DNA of 64,000 nt from positions 336 to 64,335 of the forward strand of contig JAKLJY010000012.1 of the NCBI GenBank assembly GCA_023150895.1, written 5' to 3'. This stretch comes from Myxococcota bacterium. Its GTDB lineage: Bacteria > Myxococcota_A > Bradymonadia > UBA7976 > UBA1532. Position numbers and translations under genes: made by a program. Of the stretch, positions 53,657-63,782 are shown piece after piece (the stretch's first letter is position 1; each line of letters opens with the position of its first letter). The notes beneath the pieces are model-generated. The model was given only the letters and a program-made list of their open reading frames with translations, had not been told where the DNA came from and did not search any database.

Positions 53657-55002
53657 CAGCGCAGCCCGATCTTGGCGCGGGCCTCGTCGATCATGACCTG
53701 ATGCTCGGCCGGATCGGCCCAGCGGCGGCGACCCTCCTCGGGCAAGAGGTCCACCGGGTCGAAGTAGTAGAAGAGCTGCCCGGGCTTGACACTCGGGGCG
53801 GTGTAGATGCTGACGCCCGTCGTGCGGTCGTAGACCTCGTAGCTCGACGCGACGCGCTTGCCGCCGCCGCCCGGGGCGTCGACGATGAGGTTCGGCGTGT
53901 TGAAGCCGGCCGTGCTGCCGCGCAGGTTCTTCTCGAGGTCGAGCGCCGTCTGGAGCGTGGTGCGGAGGTCCTCGACGCCCTGCACCAGATCGTGCGCGTA
54001 GATGTAATACGGCTGCACGTTGATGTGTCCCATGCGCTTGACGAGCAGCTTCATGGTGTCGAGCGTGTCGTTCACGCCGCGCAGCAGCACCGTCTGGTTG
54101 CGCACCGTGACACCGCCCTCGAACAGACGGTTGGTGGCGCGTGCCGTGATGGCGGTGAGCTCGTTGGGGTGGTTGAAGTGCGTGTGCACGACCACCTGCT
54201 TGTGCAGGCTACGTCCGAGCGCGGCCATGTCGACGATGGCCCGGTACCAGTCGTCGTCCGTCAGGACCTTCTGCGGCATGACCGCGAGGCCCTTGGTGGC
54301 GAACCGGATTCGGCGGATGTTCTTCATGTTCAAGAGGCGCGTGCCGATCTCGCGGATCATGTCGTCGCGCAACTGATAGGCATCCCCGCCGCTGACCACG
54401 ATGTCTTCGAGCTCAGGCCGCGACTCGATGTATTCGAACGCCGCCGCCCAGCGGTCCCGGTTGGCCTTCAGGCTGAGTTTCTCGACGCCCTCGGTGTCCC
54501 CGCCGATGGCATACGACCGCGTGCAGAAGCGGCAATACACGGGGCAGGTGTCGAGGGCGAGGAACAGAGCCTTGTCGCGATAGCGGTGCGTCAGGCCAGG
54601 CACGGGCGAGTCGGCCTGCTCGCCGAGACTGTCGAGGCCGAGCTTCGGATGGTCGGGCAGGATGCGCGACCCCACCGGGATGAACTGAATGCGCAGCGGG
54701 TCGTTGTAGGGGTCCGTCCAGTCGATGAGGCTCAGCAGGTACGGGCTGACGCGGACGTTCATGGGCGCCCGCTTGAAGCCGACCTCGGCGTCGGCGATGA
54801 AGCGCTGCGGAACGAGGCCCTGCACGGCGGCGAGCAGCTTGTCCACGCGAGTGATGGTGTTCTTCGCCTGCCACTTGTGATCGAGGAACGTGGCCTCGTC
54901 GATGGCTTCGTAGGCGGGGATGCGCCGCCAGAAGTCGCCCTCCAGGAGCTGCGTGTGCGTGAGCGTGGCGGGGTCGACGGGCGGTTTGACGTGGGACGAC
55001 AT
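53656..55002 (-). CDS. KamA-family radical SAM aminomutase (lysine 2,3-aminomutase / EpmB-like)
   Basis: CPVYCRFCTRSY (CxxxCxxC) and SGGDAY/PLP-region blocks typical of KamA. Start at the internal ATG (MSSHVKPP) with GGAG 8 nt upstream. Confidence 0.8.
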   Translation of the reverse strand: MSSHVKPPVDPATLTHTQLLEGDFWRRIPAYEAIDEATFLDHKWQAKNTITRVDKLLAAVQGLVPQRFIADAEVGFKRAPMNVRVSPYLLSLIDWTDPYNDPLRIQFIPVGSRILPDHPKLGLDSLGEQADSPVPGLTHRYRDKALFLALDTCPVYCRFCTRSYAIGGDTEGVEKLSLKANRDRWAAAFEYIESRPELEDIVVSGGDAYQLRDDMIREIGTRLLNMKNIRRIRFATKGLAVMPQKVLTDDDWYRAIVDMAALGRSLHKQVVVHTHFNHPNELTAITARATNRLFEGGVTVRNQTVLLRGVNDTLDTMKLLVKRMGHINVQPYYIYAHDLVQGVEDLRTTLQTALDLEKNLRGSTAGFNTPNLIVDAPGGGGKRVASSYEVYDRTTGVSIYTAPSVKPGQLFYYFDPVDLLPEEGRRRWADPAEHQVMIDEARAKIGLR

Positions 55003-55188
55003 GGTCAATCTCCGGCGCGGGGCGCAGTCGGGCGCCGCTCGCGCAAACGAGGTGAACGAAGAAACGACGAACGGGTGGTGGTTCGAACGAAACGGGCCGC
55101 GGGACGCGCTCAGGTCACGTCGGGCTGGTGCAGTACGTTGGTCTTGAACCACATGGGACCGCGAGCGTAGCCCCCGCCACCGCGGGGG

Positions 55189-57366
55189 TCAAGGCGTGCC
55201 CAAAGGCAGCGTCCGTTCGAATCCGACGCCCCGCTCCACGTAACGCCCGGCCGCGTCGAGGCGGACGAACGTCGGCGTCGCGTCGACCCCGAAGAGGCCG
55301 CCCGTTCGCGCGCCGCCGTCGAGGGCGATGGGAAACGGAAACGGCGCCGTCCGCGCGCGCAGCCAGGCCCGCACGTCGGCCTCGCGCTCGTCGGTGACGG
55401 CCACCACGTCGAGCCCGTGCGTCTCGGCATACGCCGCCAGCGCCGGGAAGCTGGCCTTGCAGGGCTTGCACCACGTCGCCCAGAAGACGAGGACCGCCCC
55501 CCGCCCCTGCCCCCCGCCGATCATCGGCAGCGGCTCGTCGAGCGGGCGCCAGGGCAGCTCGCCGGCCGGGTCGCCGATCTCCAGTGGCCGGCGGGCCATG
55601 GGGAACGCCGTGGCCGAGAGCCGCAGCGAGAGGGTCTCGCTCCCGCGCACGACCCGCAGGCGACGGACCTGCCCGGGCGCCGAGAAGAACGCCATCTCCC
55701 GGAAGCGCCCCGGGCGACTCAGGACCTCGTCGTCGACGGCCGTGACCACGTCGCCGCGCTGCAGACCCGCCCGATCCGCCGGGCCGTCGGGCACGACGGC
55801 GCCGATGAGCACCGGGCCCCGACCGACGGGCACGCCCTTCGAGCGGCGCGCGACTGCCGTGGGATCGTCTTCACCCTGATCCTGGTAACTGACCCCGAAG
55901 TATCCCGGTCGCGCCTGCTCGACGGCCGCCACCGTCTCCGTCGCGGCGGGGAGTGCCGGCGGCGGCGATGGGATGCGGCCGGCCCTCTCGGGCGCCGGTG
56001 GGACGAGCGGCGCGCGTTCGCAGGCTCGCAGCGCCTCCCAGCGCTTGGCCGCGTCCGGGGGCAGGAGATGGGGGGCCGCCAGGCGAGCGTGAAGGTCCCC
56101 GATGCGCAGGGTCGCCGCGATCTGCGTGCCGAGCGTGTCGGCCGCCGTCGCCGCGCCCGACTGCTTCGCCGCCATCGCCATCAACAGCTCCTCGAGGCCC
56201 GGTTGGTCGCGCGCGGCGGCCGCGAGGCGCTCGACGAAGGCCCCGCGAATCACGCGTTTCTCCGCGGACGTGGCGTTCTTCTTGACTTCGGCGGTGAAGG
56301 GACCGGCGAGCCAGCGCCGCGCCCCCGTCGTCGGAGCCGTCCAGAGGTCGCGCCAGGTCTCGGCCGCGAATTCGGCCCGGTCGAGCGCGTCGAGGCGGGC
56401 CCCCATCGTCGTCTGATCGGGAATGGCACCAAGACCGTAGGCGTCGGCGATGCGCGCCGCGAAAGCCCGATCGGGGTGGTCGGCCGGTACACGCGCGAGT
56501 CCTTCATCCACCAACGCATCGACGGAGATCCGGCGACGCTCGGCCTCGTCGTTCAGCCAGTCCGTCAGGAACACATCACTCGACAGATGCGGCTGATCCG
56601 GTGTGTCGTCGCGCAGCATCGCCCAGTCCGAGGCGCCGCCGAGGGAGCCCGTCGCGGCGAGCCCGTCGAGCATGTGGACGAAGTGCCCGACGTCCGTACG
56701 CCCGGCCAGCTCGGGGAAACAACCGTAGGCGATCTCCGTGGCGTTCGCGGAGAACGCGCCGCAGGTGTTCGGGCGGTCGAGGGCGACGTCGGCGAACCCG
56801 CCGGAAAAACACTGGGACATCCACAGGACGACGCGCACGCCCTCGGGCACGACCGAGAGATCCTCGCGGAACGCGCGTTGCGTCCAGCGTTGGCCCCACA
56901 ACACGATGCGGGTGTCTCGACCCTGCCCCTCTCCGGCTTTCGGATCGGCCTCGCCGTGGTCGGTGACGGCGATGAACAGCGTGTCGCCCGGTTGCAGCCG
57001 CCGGGCGGCCCCGGAGAGCCACTTTCGCAAGGCATTCCGCCGGGCGGGGAAGACCTCGAGCCCGGGGAACTCCGTGTTTTCGAGGGAAAGTCCGGGATCC
57101 GTCGGCCCGTCGAGGTGCGTGTCGTGCAGAATCCAGTCGCCGGGAACGGGCGCTTCACGCACCACGGCGCGGTCGGGGCCCGGATCGCGGCCGTCCGCCC
57201 AGGACAAGGCGATGCGGTTCGGCGGGACCCCCCGGGCCGTCAGATGCTCTGCCAGCGCCCGGACGTGAACCGCGTGCGAGTGATAGTTGTGGGACGCTTC
57301 GCCACCGCCCGCGATCAGCAGGACCTCGAGCGCACCGACCTGCGCAAGGAGTGACCCCACGGGCAC
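55189..57366 (-). CDS. multidomain protein: caspase-like C13-family peptidase domain + PDZ + thioredoxin-like (TlpA/ResA-type CxxC)
   Basis: Candidate His/Cys dyad (VTDHGEAD ... VLWMSQCFSGGF). PDZ region GPVLIGAVVPDGPADRAGLQRGDVV. Thioredoxin motif FWATWCKPCK. Start is a GTG (57366 or 57360) 4 nt after the FkbM stop and is uncertain. Confidence 0.55.
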   Translation of the reverse strand: MPVGSLLAQVGALEVLLIAGGGEASHNYHSHAVHVRALAEHLTARGVPPNRIALSWADGRDPGPDRAVVREAPVPGDWILHDTHLDGPTDPGLSLENTEFPGLEVFPARRNALRKWLSGAARRLQPGDTLFIAVTDHGEADPKAGEGQGRDTRIVLWGQRWTQRAFREDLSVVPEGVRVVLWMSQCFSGGFADVALDRPNTCGAFSANATEIAYGCFPELAGRTDVGHFVHMLDGLAATGSLGGASDWAMLRDDTPDQPHLSSDVFLTDWLNDEAERRRISVDALVDEGLARVPADHPDRAFAARIADAYGLGAIPDQTTMGARLDALDRAEFAAETWRDLWTAPTTGARRWLAGPFTAEVKKNATSAEKRVIRGAFVERLAAAARDQPGLEELLMAMAAKQSGAATAADTLGTQIAATLRIGDLHARLAAPHLLPPDAAKRWEALRACERAPLVPPAPERAGRIPSPPPALPAATETVAAVEQARPGYFGVSYQDQGEDDPTAVARRSKGVPVGRGPVLIGAVVPDGPADRAGLQRGDVVTAVDDEVLSRPGRFREMAFFSAPGQVRRLRVVRGSETLSLRLSATAFPMARRPLEIGDPAGELPWRPLDEPLPMIGGGQGRGAVLVFWATWCKPCKASFPALAAYAETHGLDVVAVTDEREADVRAWLRARTAPFPFPIALDGGARTGGLFGVDATPTFVRLDAAGRYVERGVGFERTLPLGTP

Positions 57367-57370
57367 GGCG

Positions 57371-58348
57371 TCAGACCGCCCGGTCGAGGACGCGCAGGGG
57401 CGCCGCGGTCGAGGTGCGGGCGCTCGCCGCGTCGACGTCCCGCAGGTAGAGCATGTTGCCCCGCCGGACGGGCTCGTCCCGGGGGCGCAGCGCCCGGGTC
57501 TCGAGATCGTAATCGAAGGCGCGCAGGCCGAGCGCGAGCAGGTGGGCGTGCAGGTCCCGGTCGTCGAACGCATACCGCAGGGCCTGCGGTGTCATCTCGA
57601 GCAGGAGACCCATCAACTCGGGCGCGCGCAGGACAGTCTCCGCACCGGCCACCACGGCGGCCTCGTACCCCTCGACGTCCACCTTGACGAAGAACGGCCC
57701 CGCCGGCCGGTCGGCCAGCAGTGCGTCGAGCGGCGCCACGGGGACCGTGACGGCAGGGCCACCGTGATTGGCGTGTTCCGCCGTCGCGAGCACGTGATTG
57801 ACGACGTCGAGGCCGGCGGTCATGGCCACCTGCCCGGCAGCGGCGCCCACCGCCACCGCGAACGCCCGCGCCCGGGCATCGAGCCCGTTGAGCACGATGT
57901 TGGCGACGAGGGCCCGGTGCGCGGCGGGCACGGGTTCGTAGGCCAGCACGCGCGCCCCGCAGACGCCGGCCGCCAGGACCGTGTACGACCCCACGTTGGC
58001 ACCGACGTCGACGAAGAGGTCCCCGGGACGCAGCAGGTGGCCGACGAAGGCCATCGACTCGGCCTCGTGCAGGCCGAAGTACAGGTTCCCCGTCGCACCG
58101 AAGTCGCCCCGGCGAACGAGCAACCGCGTGTCCCCGACGAACGGCACGACGGCGGGCGCCGCCCACAAGCGCGAGCGGACCTGCCAGCGGGCCCAGCGCA
58201 GCCACGCGGCGCGGGGGTCGGCGGCCGTCAGGGGGTGGCGCCGAAAGGCCCGCTGCAGACTGCCGAGCCGCTTGAACACGCCCGCACCGGGCCAGCCCGG
58301 GCCTCCGCCGTCGGCGCGTCGTGGGGGTCCGGTCCGGTTGTCGGGCAT
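57371..58348 (-). CDS. FkbM-family methyltransferase
   Basis: VDVGANVGSYT and KVDVEGYE blocks. Confidence 0.7.
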   Translation of the reverse strand: MPDNRTGPPRRADGGGPGWPGAGVFKRLGSLQRAFRRHPLTAADPRAAWLRWARWQVRSRLWAAPAVVPFVGDTRLLVRRGDFGATGNLYFGLHEAESMAFVGHLLRPGDLFVDVGANVGSYTVLAAGVCGARVLAYEPVPAAHRALVANIVLNGLDARARAFAVAVGAAAGQVAMTAGLDVVNHVLATAEHANHGGPAVTVPVAPLDALLADRPAGPFFVKVDVEGYEAAVVAGAETVLRAPELMGLLLEMTPQALRYAFDDRDLHAHLLALGLRAFDYDLETRALRPRDEPVRRGNMLYLRDVDAASARTSTAAPLRVLDRAV

Positions 58349-58440
58349 GGGCCGGACGATGGCCGACCGGACCGCATGCCGTCAAGCCCGGCCGCCGGCA
58401 GGACTTTGCGCCGGCGCCGCCGCCCGGGGTATCAAGGGGG

Positions 58441-61400
58441 ATGCGCTTCGCTCGCCCCCTGCCGCTCGCCCTCGCCCTCGCCCTCACCGGCGCCCTCACC
58501 GCCTGCCAGAGCGCCAATCCGGACCGCGTCCTCGGGGACGCCGCCCCCGCCGCCGACGCCACCCCGCCCCTCCCGGACGCGTCCCCCGACTGCACGGAGG
58601 GCGTCGCGTGTGACGATGATGACCTCTGCACGACCGGCGACGTCTGCACCGACGGTCGCTGCAAGGGCGTGCCGCGCAACTGCGCGGACGACGATCCGTG
58701 TACCGCCGACGCCTGCGTGCTCGGCACGGGCGAGTGCACGCACGAGCCCGTCACGGGCGTGCCCGAGGGCCCACCGGGCGATCCGAGCTGTTCGGATGGC
58801 GACGATCAGGACTGCGACGGCGACACGGACGCCGCCGACCTCGACTGCCGCGCGTGCCGGATCGATGCCGACTGCCCCAACGTCGACCCCTGCCGCACCG
58901 TTGCCTGCACGGCGGGTCGCTGCGCCGAAATGCCCGTCGAGGACGGCCGCACGTGCGAGACGGGCGATCCGTGCCGCGAAAAGGGTACCTGCGCCGGCGG
59001 CCGCTGCGAGGCGGCGCCGCGTGTCTGCCCCGATCCCGACCCCGAGGACCCCTGCCAGGGCGCCGTCTGTCAACCGGGCTCGGGCGTCTGCGTGCCCGGC
59101 CCGGCGGAGGACGGGACCCCCTGCGACGACGGCGACGCGTGCACCGCCGGCGACGCGTGCGCCGCCGGGGTCTGCGGCGGTGCGCCGCGTGACTGTTCCG
59201 CGCTCGACGCGGCGTGCGTCGCGGGCACCTGCGAGCCCGAATCCGGCAATTGTCGCGCGGTCGCGGCGGCAGACGGCACCCCCTGTGGCGGCGATCACTG
59301 CGTCGCCGACGGGGCCTGTGTTTCCGGGCGCTGCCAAGGGCGCCCCCTCGATTGCGCCGAGCTCGACGGGCAATGTCGCGTCGGGGCCTGCGATGCCGAG
59401 ACCGGGGCGTGCACGGCCGAGCCCGTCGCCGACGGGACGCCCTGCGACGACGGCGATCCCTGCACGTTTCAGGATGCCTGCGCGGGCGCCGGATGTGTCG
59501 GGATGCGCCTCGACTGCACCGTGCTCGACACGCCCTGCCAGGTAGGGCGCTGCGATCCCGACTTCGGCGCGTGCGTCGCCGACGCCTTGCCGGACGGCGC
59601 GCCCTGCGACGATGGGGCGAGCTGCACCGGCCCCGACCGCTGCTCGGGCGGCACCTGCGCCGGCCCCGAGGTAATCTGCGAGGGGGTCGACGCGCGCTGC
59701 GCCGTCGTCACCTGCGACGAGGCGGCCGGGGGCTGCGTCGCCGCGGCCATTGCGGACGGTCGCGCGTGCGACGACGGCGACCTTTGCAGCGCGGCGGACG
59801 CGTGCACCGACGGGACCTGCGCGGGCACGCCACGCACCTGTGAACCGCCCTCCGCCTGTCTCGTCGGCGCCTGCGAGCCGACGAACGGCGCCTGCATCTT
59901 CCAACGCGCGTTGCGCGACGAGCCCGAGGGGGCGCCCGGCAGCCCCGCCTGCGGCGATGGCACCGACGACGACTGCGACGGGCTGATCGACGCCGACGAT
60001 CCGGACTGCCGCGCCTGCGCGCAGGACGCCGACTGCGTCGCCGCGGATCCGTGCGCCCGTTTCGCGTGTGTCGACGGCCGGTGCCGCGCCGACCGGGACG
60101 CGCTCGAAGGCGCCGCCTGCGACGATGGCAACCCGTGCACGACGAACGACCTCTGTCGTGATGGGCTTTGTGTCGCCGCCCCCGTCGTGTGTGAGCAGTT
60201 CGACACGCCCTGCACGGTCGGTCGGTGCGACCCTGCGGCGGGCGGCTGTATCGTCGAGCATCGACCGGACGGCGCCGTATGTCACGACGGCGACCCCTGC
60301 ACCATCGGCGACGTCTGCACCGACGGCCTCTGCGCCGGCTCCGCCCGCGACTGCGGCGGGCTCGACGGAGAGTGTGTCGTCGGCGCCTGTGATCCGGTCG
60401 ACGGGGCCTGCCGCGCCGTCCCGCGGCCGGACGGCGCTCCCTGCACGGACGGCGCCCCCTGCAGCGGCCCCGACGTTTGCAGCGCCGGCACCTGCGCCGG
60501 CCCCCCCGTCGCCTGTGAGGCGGGCCCCTGCAAGGTCGGCGTCTGCGACCCGGCGTCCGGGGCGTGCCATGTCGTCCCCGCGGCCGATGGCACCGCCTGC
60601 GACGACGCCGATCCCTGCACCGAGGCGGACATTTGCGGGGCGGGCGCCTGCGCGGGCCGCCCGCGTGACTGCGGCGCCCTCGACGGCGCCTGTGTCGTCG
60701 GAATCTGTGCCCCCGATACGGGCGAGTGCCGGGCGGTCCCTCGCCCGGATGACACCCCCTGCGACGACGGCAGCCTCTGCACGGCCGACGAAACCTGCCG
60801 TGGTGGTTCGTGTGCCGGCACACCGCTGGATTGCACCGAGCTCGACGGGGTGTGTCGCGTCGGGATCTGCGACCCCGCCACGGGCGCCTGCGCCGCCCTG
60901 CCCGTCGGCGATGGCACCGCCTGCGATGACGGCGACGCCTGCACCACGACGGACGTCTGTACCGAGGGCCGCTGCGTCGGCGAGGTCGTCGACTGCACCC
61001 GCCTCGGCTCGCTCTGCGCCCGCGGCCGGTGCGATGCCGACTCCGGCGCGTGCGTCGCCGAGCCCATCAACGAGGCGGCGGCCTGTGACGACGGCAACCC
61101 CTGCACCGCCGACGATGTCTGCGGGGCGGGCGCGTGCACGGGGGCCGGTCTCGATTGCACCGCCCTCGACGGCCCGTGCACGGTCGGTCAGTGCAACGAC
61201 CAGGGCGGCTGCGTCGCGGTCCCGCGGCTCGACGGCACCGCCTGCGAGACGGGCGATCTCTGCGACGAAACGGGCGTCTGCTCGGCCGGTGTCTGTCAGA
61301 CCGCGGCGAGGGACTGCAGCGCCCTCGACACCGACTGCGCCCGGGGGACCTGCGATCCCCGCAACGGGGCCTGCGTCGCCGTGCCCGCCCCCGATGCGAC

Positions 61401-62145
61401 CCCATGCGACGACGGCAGCGTGTGTACCGAACTCGACGCCTGCCTCGCCGGGCAGTGCCAAGGTCACCCCAAGAACTGTCTGTTTCTCGACACGCCATGC
61501 ACGGAGGGCGCCTGCGATCCGGACGTGCCGGGCGGGTGTTACGCCCGCCCCGTCGTCGACGGCATCCCGTGCAGCAGCGGCAATCGGTGTCAGGTCGGCG
61601 AGGCGTGCACGGCCGGCGTGTGCCGTGGCACCCCCGCCGAATGCCCCGACCCGCCGCCGGGGAGTTGCCGCGTCGCGGTGTGTGATCCCCTGACGGGGGC
61701 GTGCGGGTTCGCCGACAGTCCGGACGGCACCCCGTGCAACGACGGTGCCTTCTGCACGGTCGGCGAGACGTGTCAGGCCGGTGTCTGCGGCGCCGCCCGC
61801 CCGCGGGAGTGCAACCCGGCCGGCGAGCCCTGCCGGACGGGGACGTGCGACGAGGCGAACGATCGCTGTGTCGTGCAGAACCGACCCGACAACTCCGGCT
61901 GCGAAGACGGTTCGTTCTGTACCGTCGACGACCGCTGCTTCGACGGCGTGTGTCGGGCGCGACGTCCGCGCACGTGCCCGGACGCCAACGCCGGATGTCG
62001 GGTCGGGCGCTGCAACGAGGCGGCCGATCGGTGCGATCTCGAAAACGCCTTCGACCTGAAACCGTGCTCCGACGGCTCGCTGTGCACGATCGGCGACCAC
62101 TGCGAAGGGGGCGCCTGCATTCAGGGCGTCCGCGTCTGCGACTGA
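58441..62145 (+). CDS. very large Cys-rich repeat lipoprotein (about 25 copies of a roughly 40-aa DGTPCDDGDxCTxxDxCxxGxCxG unit)
   Basis: Lipobox MRFARPLPLALALALTGALTAC. AAGGGGG RBS. Highly periodic Cys spacing across 1234 aa. Confidence 0.65.
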   Translation: MRFARPLPLALALALTGALTACQSANPDRVLGDAAPAADATPPLPDASPDCTEGVACDDDDLCTTGDVCTDGRCKGVPRNCADDDPCTADACVLGTGECTHEPVTGVPEGPPGDPSCSDGDDQDCDGDTDAADLDCRACRIDADCPNVDPCRTVACTAGRCAEMPVEDGRTCETGDPCREKGTCAGGRCEAAPRVCPDPDPEDPCQGAVCQPGSGVCVPGPAEDGTPCDDGDACTAGDACAAGVCGGAPRDCSALDAACVAGTCEPESGNCRAVAAADGTPCGGDHCVADGACVSGRCQGRPLDCAELDGQCRVGACDAETGACTAEPVADGTPCDDGDPCTFQDACAGAGCVGMRLDCTVLDTPCQVGRCDPDFGACVADALPDGAPCDDGASCTGPDRCSGGTCAGPEVICEGVDARCAVVTCDEAAGGCVAAAIADGRACDDGDLCSAADACTDGTCAGTPRTCEPPSACLVGACEPTNGACIFQRALRDEPEGAPGSPACGDGTDDDCDGLIDADDPDCRACAQDADCVAADPCARFACVDGRCRADRDALEGAACDDGNPCTTNDLCRDGLCVAAPVVCEQFDTPCTVGRCDPAAGGCIVEHRPDGAVCHDGDPCTIGDVCTDGLCAGSARDCGGLDGECVVGACDPVDGACRAVPRPDGAPCTDGAPCSGPDVCSAGTCAGPPVACEAGPCKVGVCDPASGACHVVPAADGTACDDADPCTEADICGAGACAGRPRDCGALDGACVVGICAPDTGECRAVPRPDDTPCDDGSLCTADETCRGGSCAGTPLDCTELDGVCRVGICDPATGACAALPVGDGTACDDGDACTTTDVCTEGRCVGEVVDCTRLGSLCARGRCDADSGACVAEPINEAAACDDGNPCTADDVCGAGACTGAGLDCTALDGPCTVGQCNDQGGCVAVPRLDGTACETGDLCDETGVCSAGVCQTAARDCSALDTDCARGTCDPRNGACVAVPAPDATPCDDGSVCTELDACLAGQCQGHPKNCLFLDTPCTEGACDPDVPGGCYARPVVDGIPCSSGNRCQVGEACTAGVCRGTPAECPDPPPGSCRVAVCDPLTGACGFADSPDGTPCNDGAFCTVGETCQAGVCGAARPRECNPAGEPCRTGTCDEANDRCVVQNRPDNSGCEDGSFCTVDDRCFDGVCRARRPRTCPDANAGCRVGRCNEAADRCDLENAFDLKPCSDGSLCTIGDHCEGGACIQGVRVCD

Positions 62146-62153
62146 GCGCCCCC

Positions 62154-63782
62154 TTGTCCGTCGGGACCCCCACCCCCGCCGCGGCACCGTCACATGACGT
62201 CGTCGTCGTCTCCGATCTGCACATCGGCCGCGGCCGCAACCCCCGGACCGGCCGGTACCACCCCCTCGAGACGTTCTTCCACGACACGGACATCCGCCGT
62301 TTCCTGGAGTGGGTCGCCCGGGACGCGGAGCGGCGCGGCCGGCAGCTCAAGGTCGTCTTCAACGGCGACACCTTCGACCTCCTGCGGACCGAGATTCACC
62401 CCGTCGAGGGCGAGAGCAGCCGCCGCGAGGCCCGGTTCGGCCTCGATCCGACGCCGGACGTCGTCGCCCGCCAGATGGATGTCATCGTCGCCGGGCACCC
62501 CGGCTTCATCGAGGCCCTCGCCGATCTGGTCGCCGCGGGGCACGTCGCGACGATCCTGCCCGGCAATCACGACCTCGAGATCCAGTGGGACGCGGCCCAG
62601 AGACCCGTCTTCGAGGCCCTGCGCGAGGTTCTCGCCGCCCGCGGCGGCGTCGACGTGGACGCCGCCGTCGCGCGTCTGACTTTCGAGCCATGGTTCGTGT
62701 ACGAGCCCGGCCGGCTCTGGATCGAACACGGCTGTCAGTACGACGCGGAGAGCGCATTCCATTATCCCCTCCGGCGGCCGATCGAGCACCGCTTCCCGAC
62801 CGGCGCCGCCGAAGAGGACCTGCCGATGGGCAGCTTCTTCCAGCGGTATCTCTACAACGCCTTCGGTGCGCTCACCTTTCTCGTCCCCTCGACGCGGGCC
62901 AACGCGCGGTATGCCCGGTGGCTGTTGCTCAACCAGCCCCGCCTGCTCTACCGGGTGGCCATGAGTCACCTGCCGTTCATCTGGCAGCTCATGCGCCGCC
63001 TCAGCCGCCGCGATGGTGAGACGCGGATGGCCATGGCCGCCGCGCATGCGGTGGAGCTCGACCGTCTCTCGCGGACGTATGACCTCGGGGACGATCTGTT
63101 GGCGATCGACGCGGAGAAGGTCACGCTCGGGGCCGACCTCTCGGTCGCGCTCGAAGACTACGGCCGGCGGGCGCTCCGGGCCGCCGGCATGGTCTCCGGC
63201 CTCGTGCTCGCGGCGGCCGGCCTGTGGTCGAGCGGGCTATTGGCGATCAGCGAGCTCGGGCCCGACTTCGGTCTCAAGACGCTGCTCTTTCTGGCGCTCA
63301 ACGTGGCCATGATGTTCGCCGTCGGCGCCGCCACGACGTATCTGCTGCTGCGGACCGAGCCGCCGCCGTCGCCGCCCTCCCTGCCACGGGCGGCGCGTGC
63401 CATCGCCCGACGCCTCGACGTGCCGATCGTCTCGTTCGGTCACACGCACGAGGAGGTCTTCCTGCGCTTCGACCGCCGCCCCGGCCTCGTTTCGACCTAC
63501 GTCAACACGGGTACCTGGGTGGCCGTCTTCGCCCACCACGACGCCGTGCCGCGCGAGCGCGTCCAGATGACCTTCCTGCGCATCGTCGACGCCCACCCGG
63601 AGTTGCTCTACTGGAGCCCGGGCCGCGGTGAGCCGATGCCCGTGATTCTCTTCGACGACCACGACGACGAAGCCGCGACCGCAGCGTCGGACCGGCCCGA
63701 CCGGACGCCCGCCCCGACTGCGGGTACTTCCCACGGGTCGACCTTTACCGCGCCCGCCCGTCATGGTAGCCCGCGACCATGA
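62154..63782 (+). CDS. membrane-associated calcineurin-like metallophosphoesterase
   Basis: VVVVSDLHIG, GDTFDL, PGNHDLE and FGHTHE blocks with TM helices in the second half. The only in-frame start upstream of motif I is TTG 62154, which is uncertain. The stop overlaps the fur-like ATG. Confidence 0.55.
   Translation: MSVGTPTPAAAPSHDVVVVSDLHIGRGRNPRTGRYHPLETFFHDTDIRRFLEWVARDAERRGRQLKVVFNGDTFDLLRTEIHPVEGESSRREARFGLDPTPDVVARQMDVIVAGHPGFIEALADLVAAGHVATILPGNHDLEIQWDAAQRPVFEALREVLAARGGVDVDAAVARLTFEPWFVYEPGRLWIEHGCQYDAESAFHYPLRRPIEHRFPTGAAEEDLPMGSFFQRYLYNAFGALTFLVPSTRANARYARWLLLNQPRLLYRVAMSHLPFIWQLMRRLSRRDGETRMAMAAAHAVELDRLSRTYDLGDDLLAIDAEKVTLGADLSVALEDYGRRALRAAGMVSGLVLAAAGLWSSGLLAISELGPDFGLKTLLFLALNVAMMFAVGAATTYLLLRTEPPPSPPSLPRAARAIARRLDVPIVSFGHTHEEVFLRFDRRPGLVSTYVNTGTWVAVFAHHDAVPRERVQMTFLRIVDAHPELLYWSPGRGEPMPVILFDDHDDEAATAASDRPDRTPAPTAGTSHGSTFTAPARHGSPRP

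Noticed and set aside
58432-62193. 1253-aa minus-strand ORF
   Set aside because: Antisense to the 1234-aa Cys-repeat lipoprotein, which has a lipobox, an RBS and regular Cys periodicity.
62194-62679. ATG-initiated ORF MTSSSSPICTSAAAATPG...
   Set aside because: Out of frame with the phosphoesterase motifs (SDLHIG, GDTFDL, GNHD), which lie in the 61701..63782 frame. Its translation is low-complexity.
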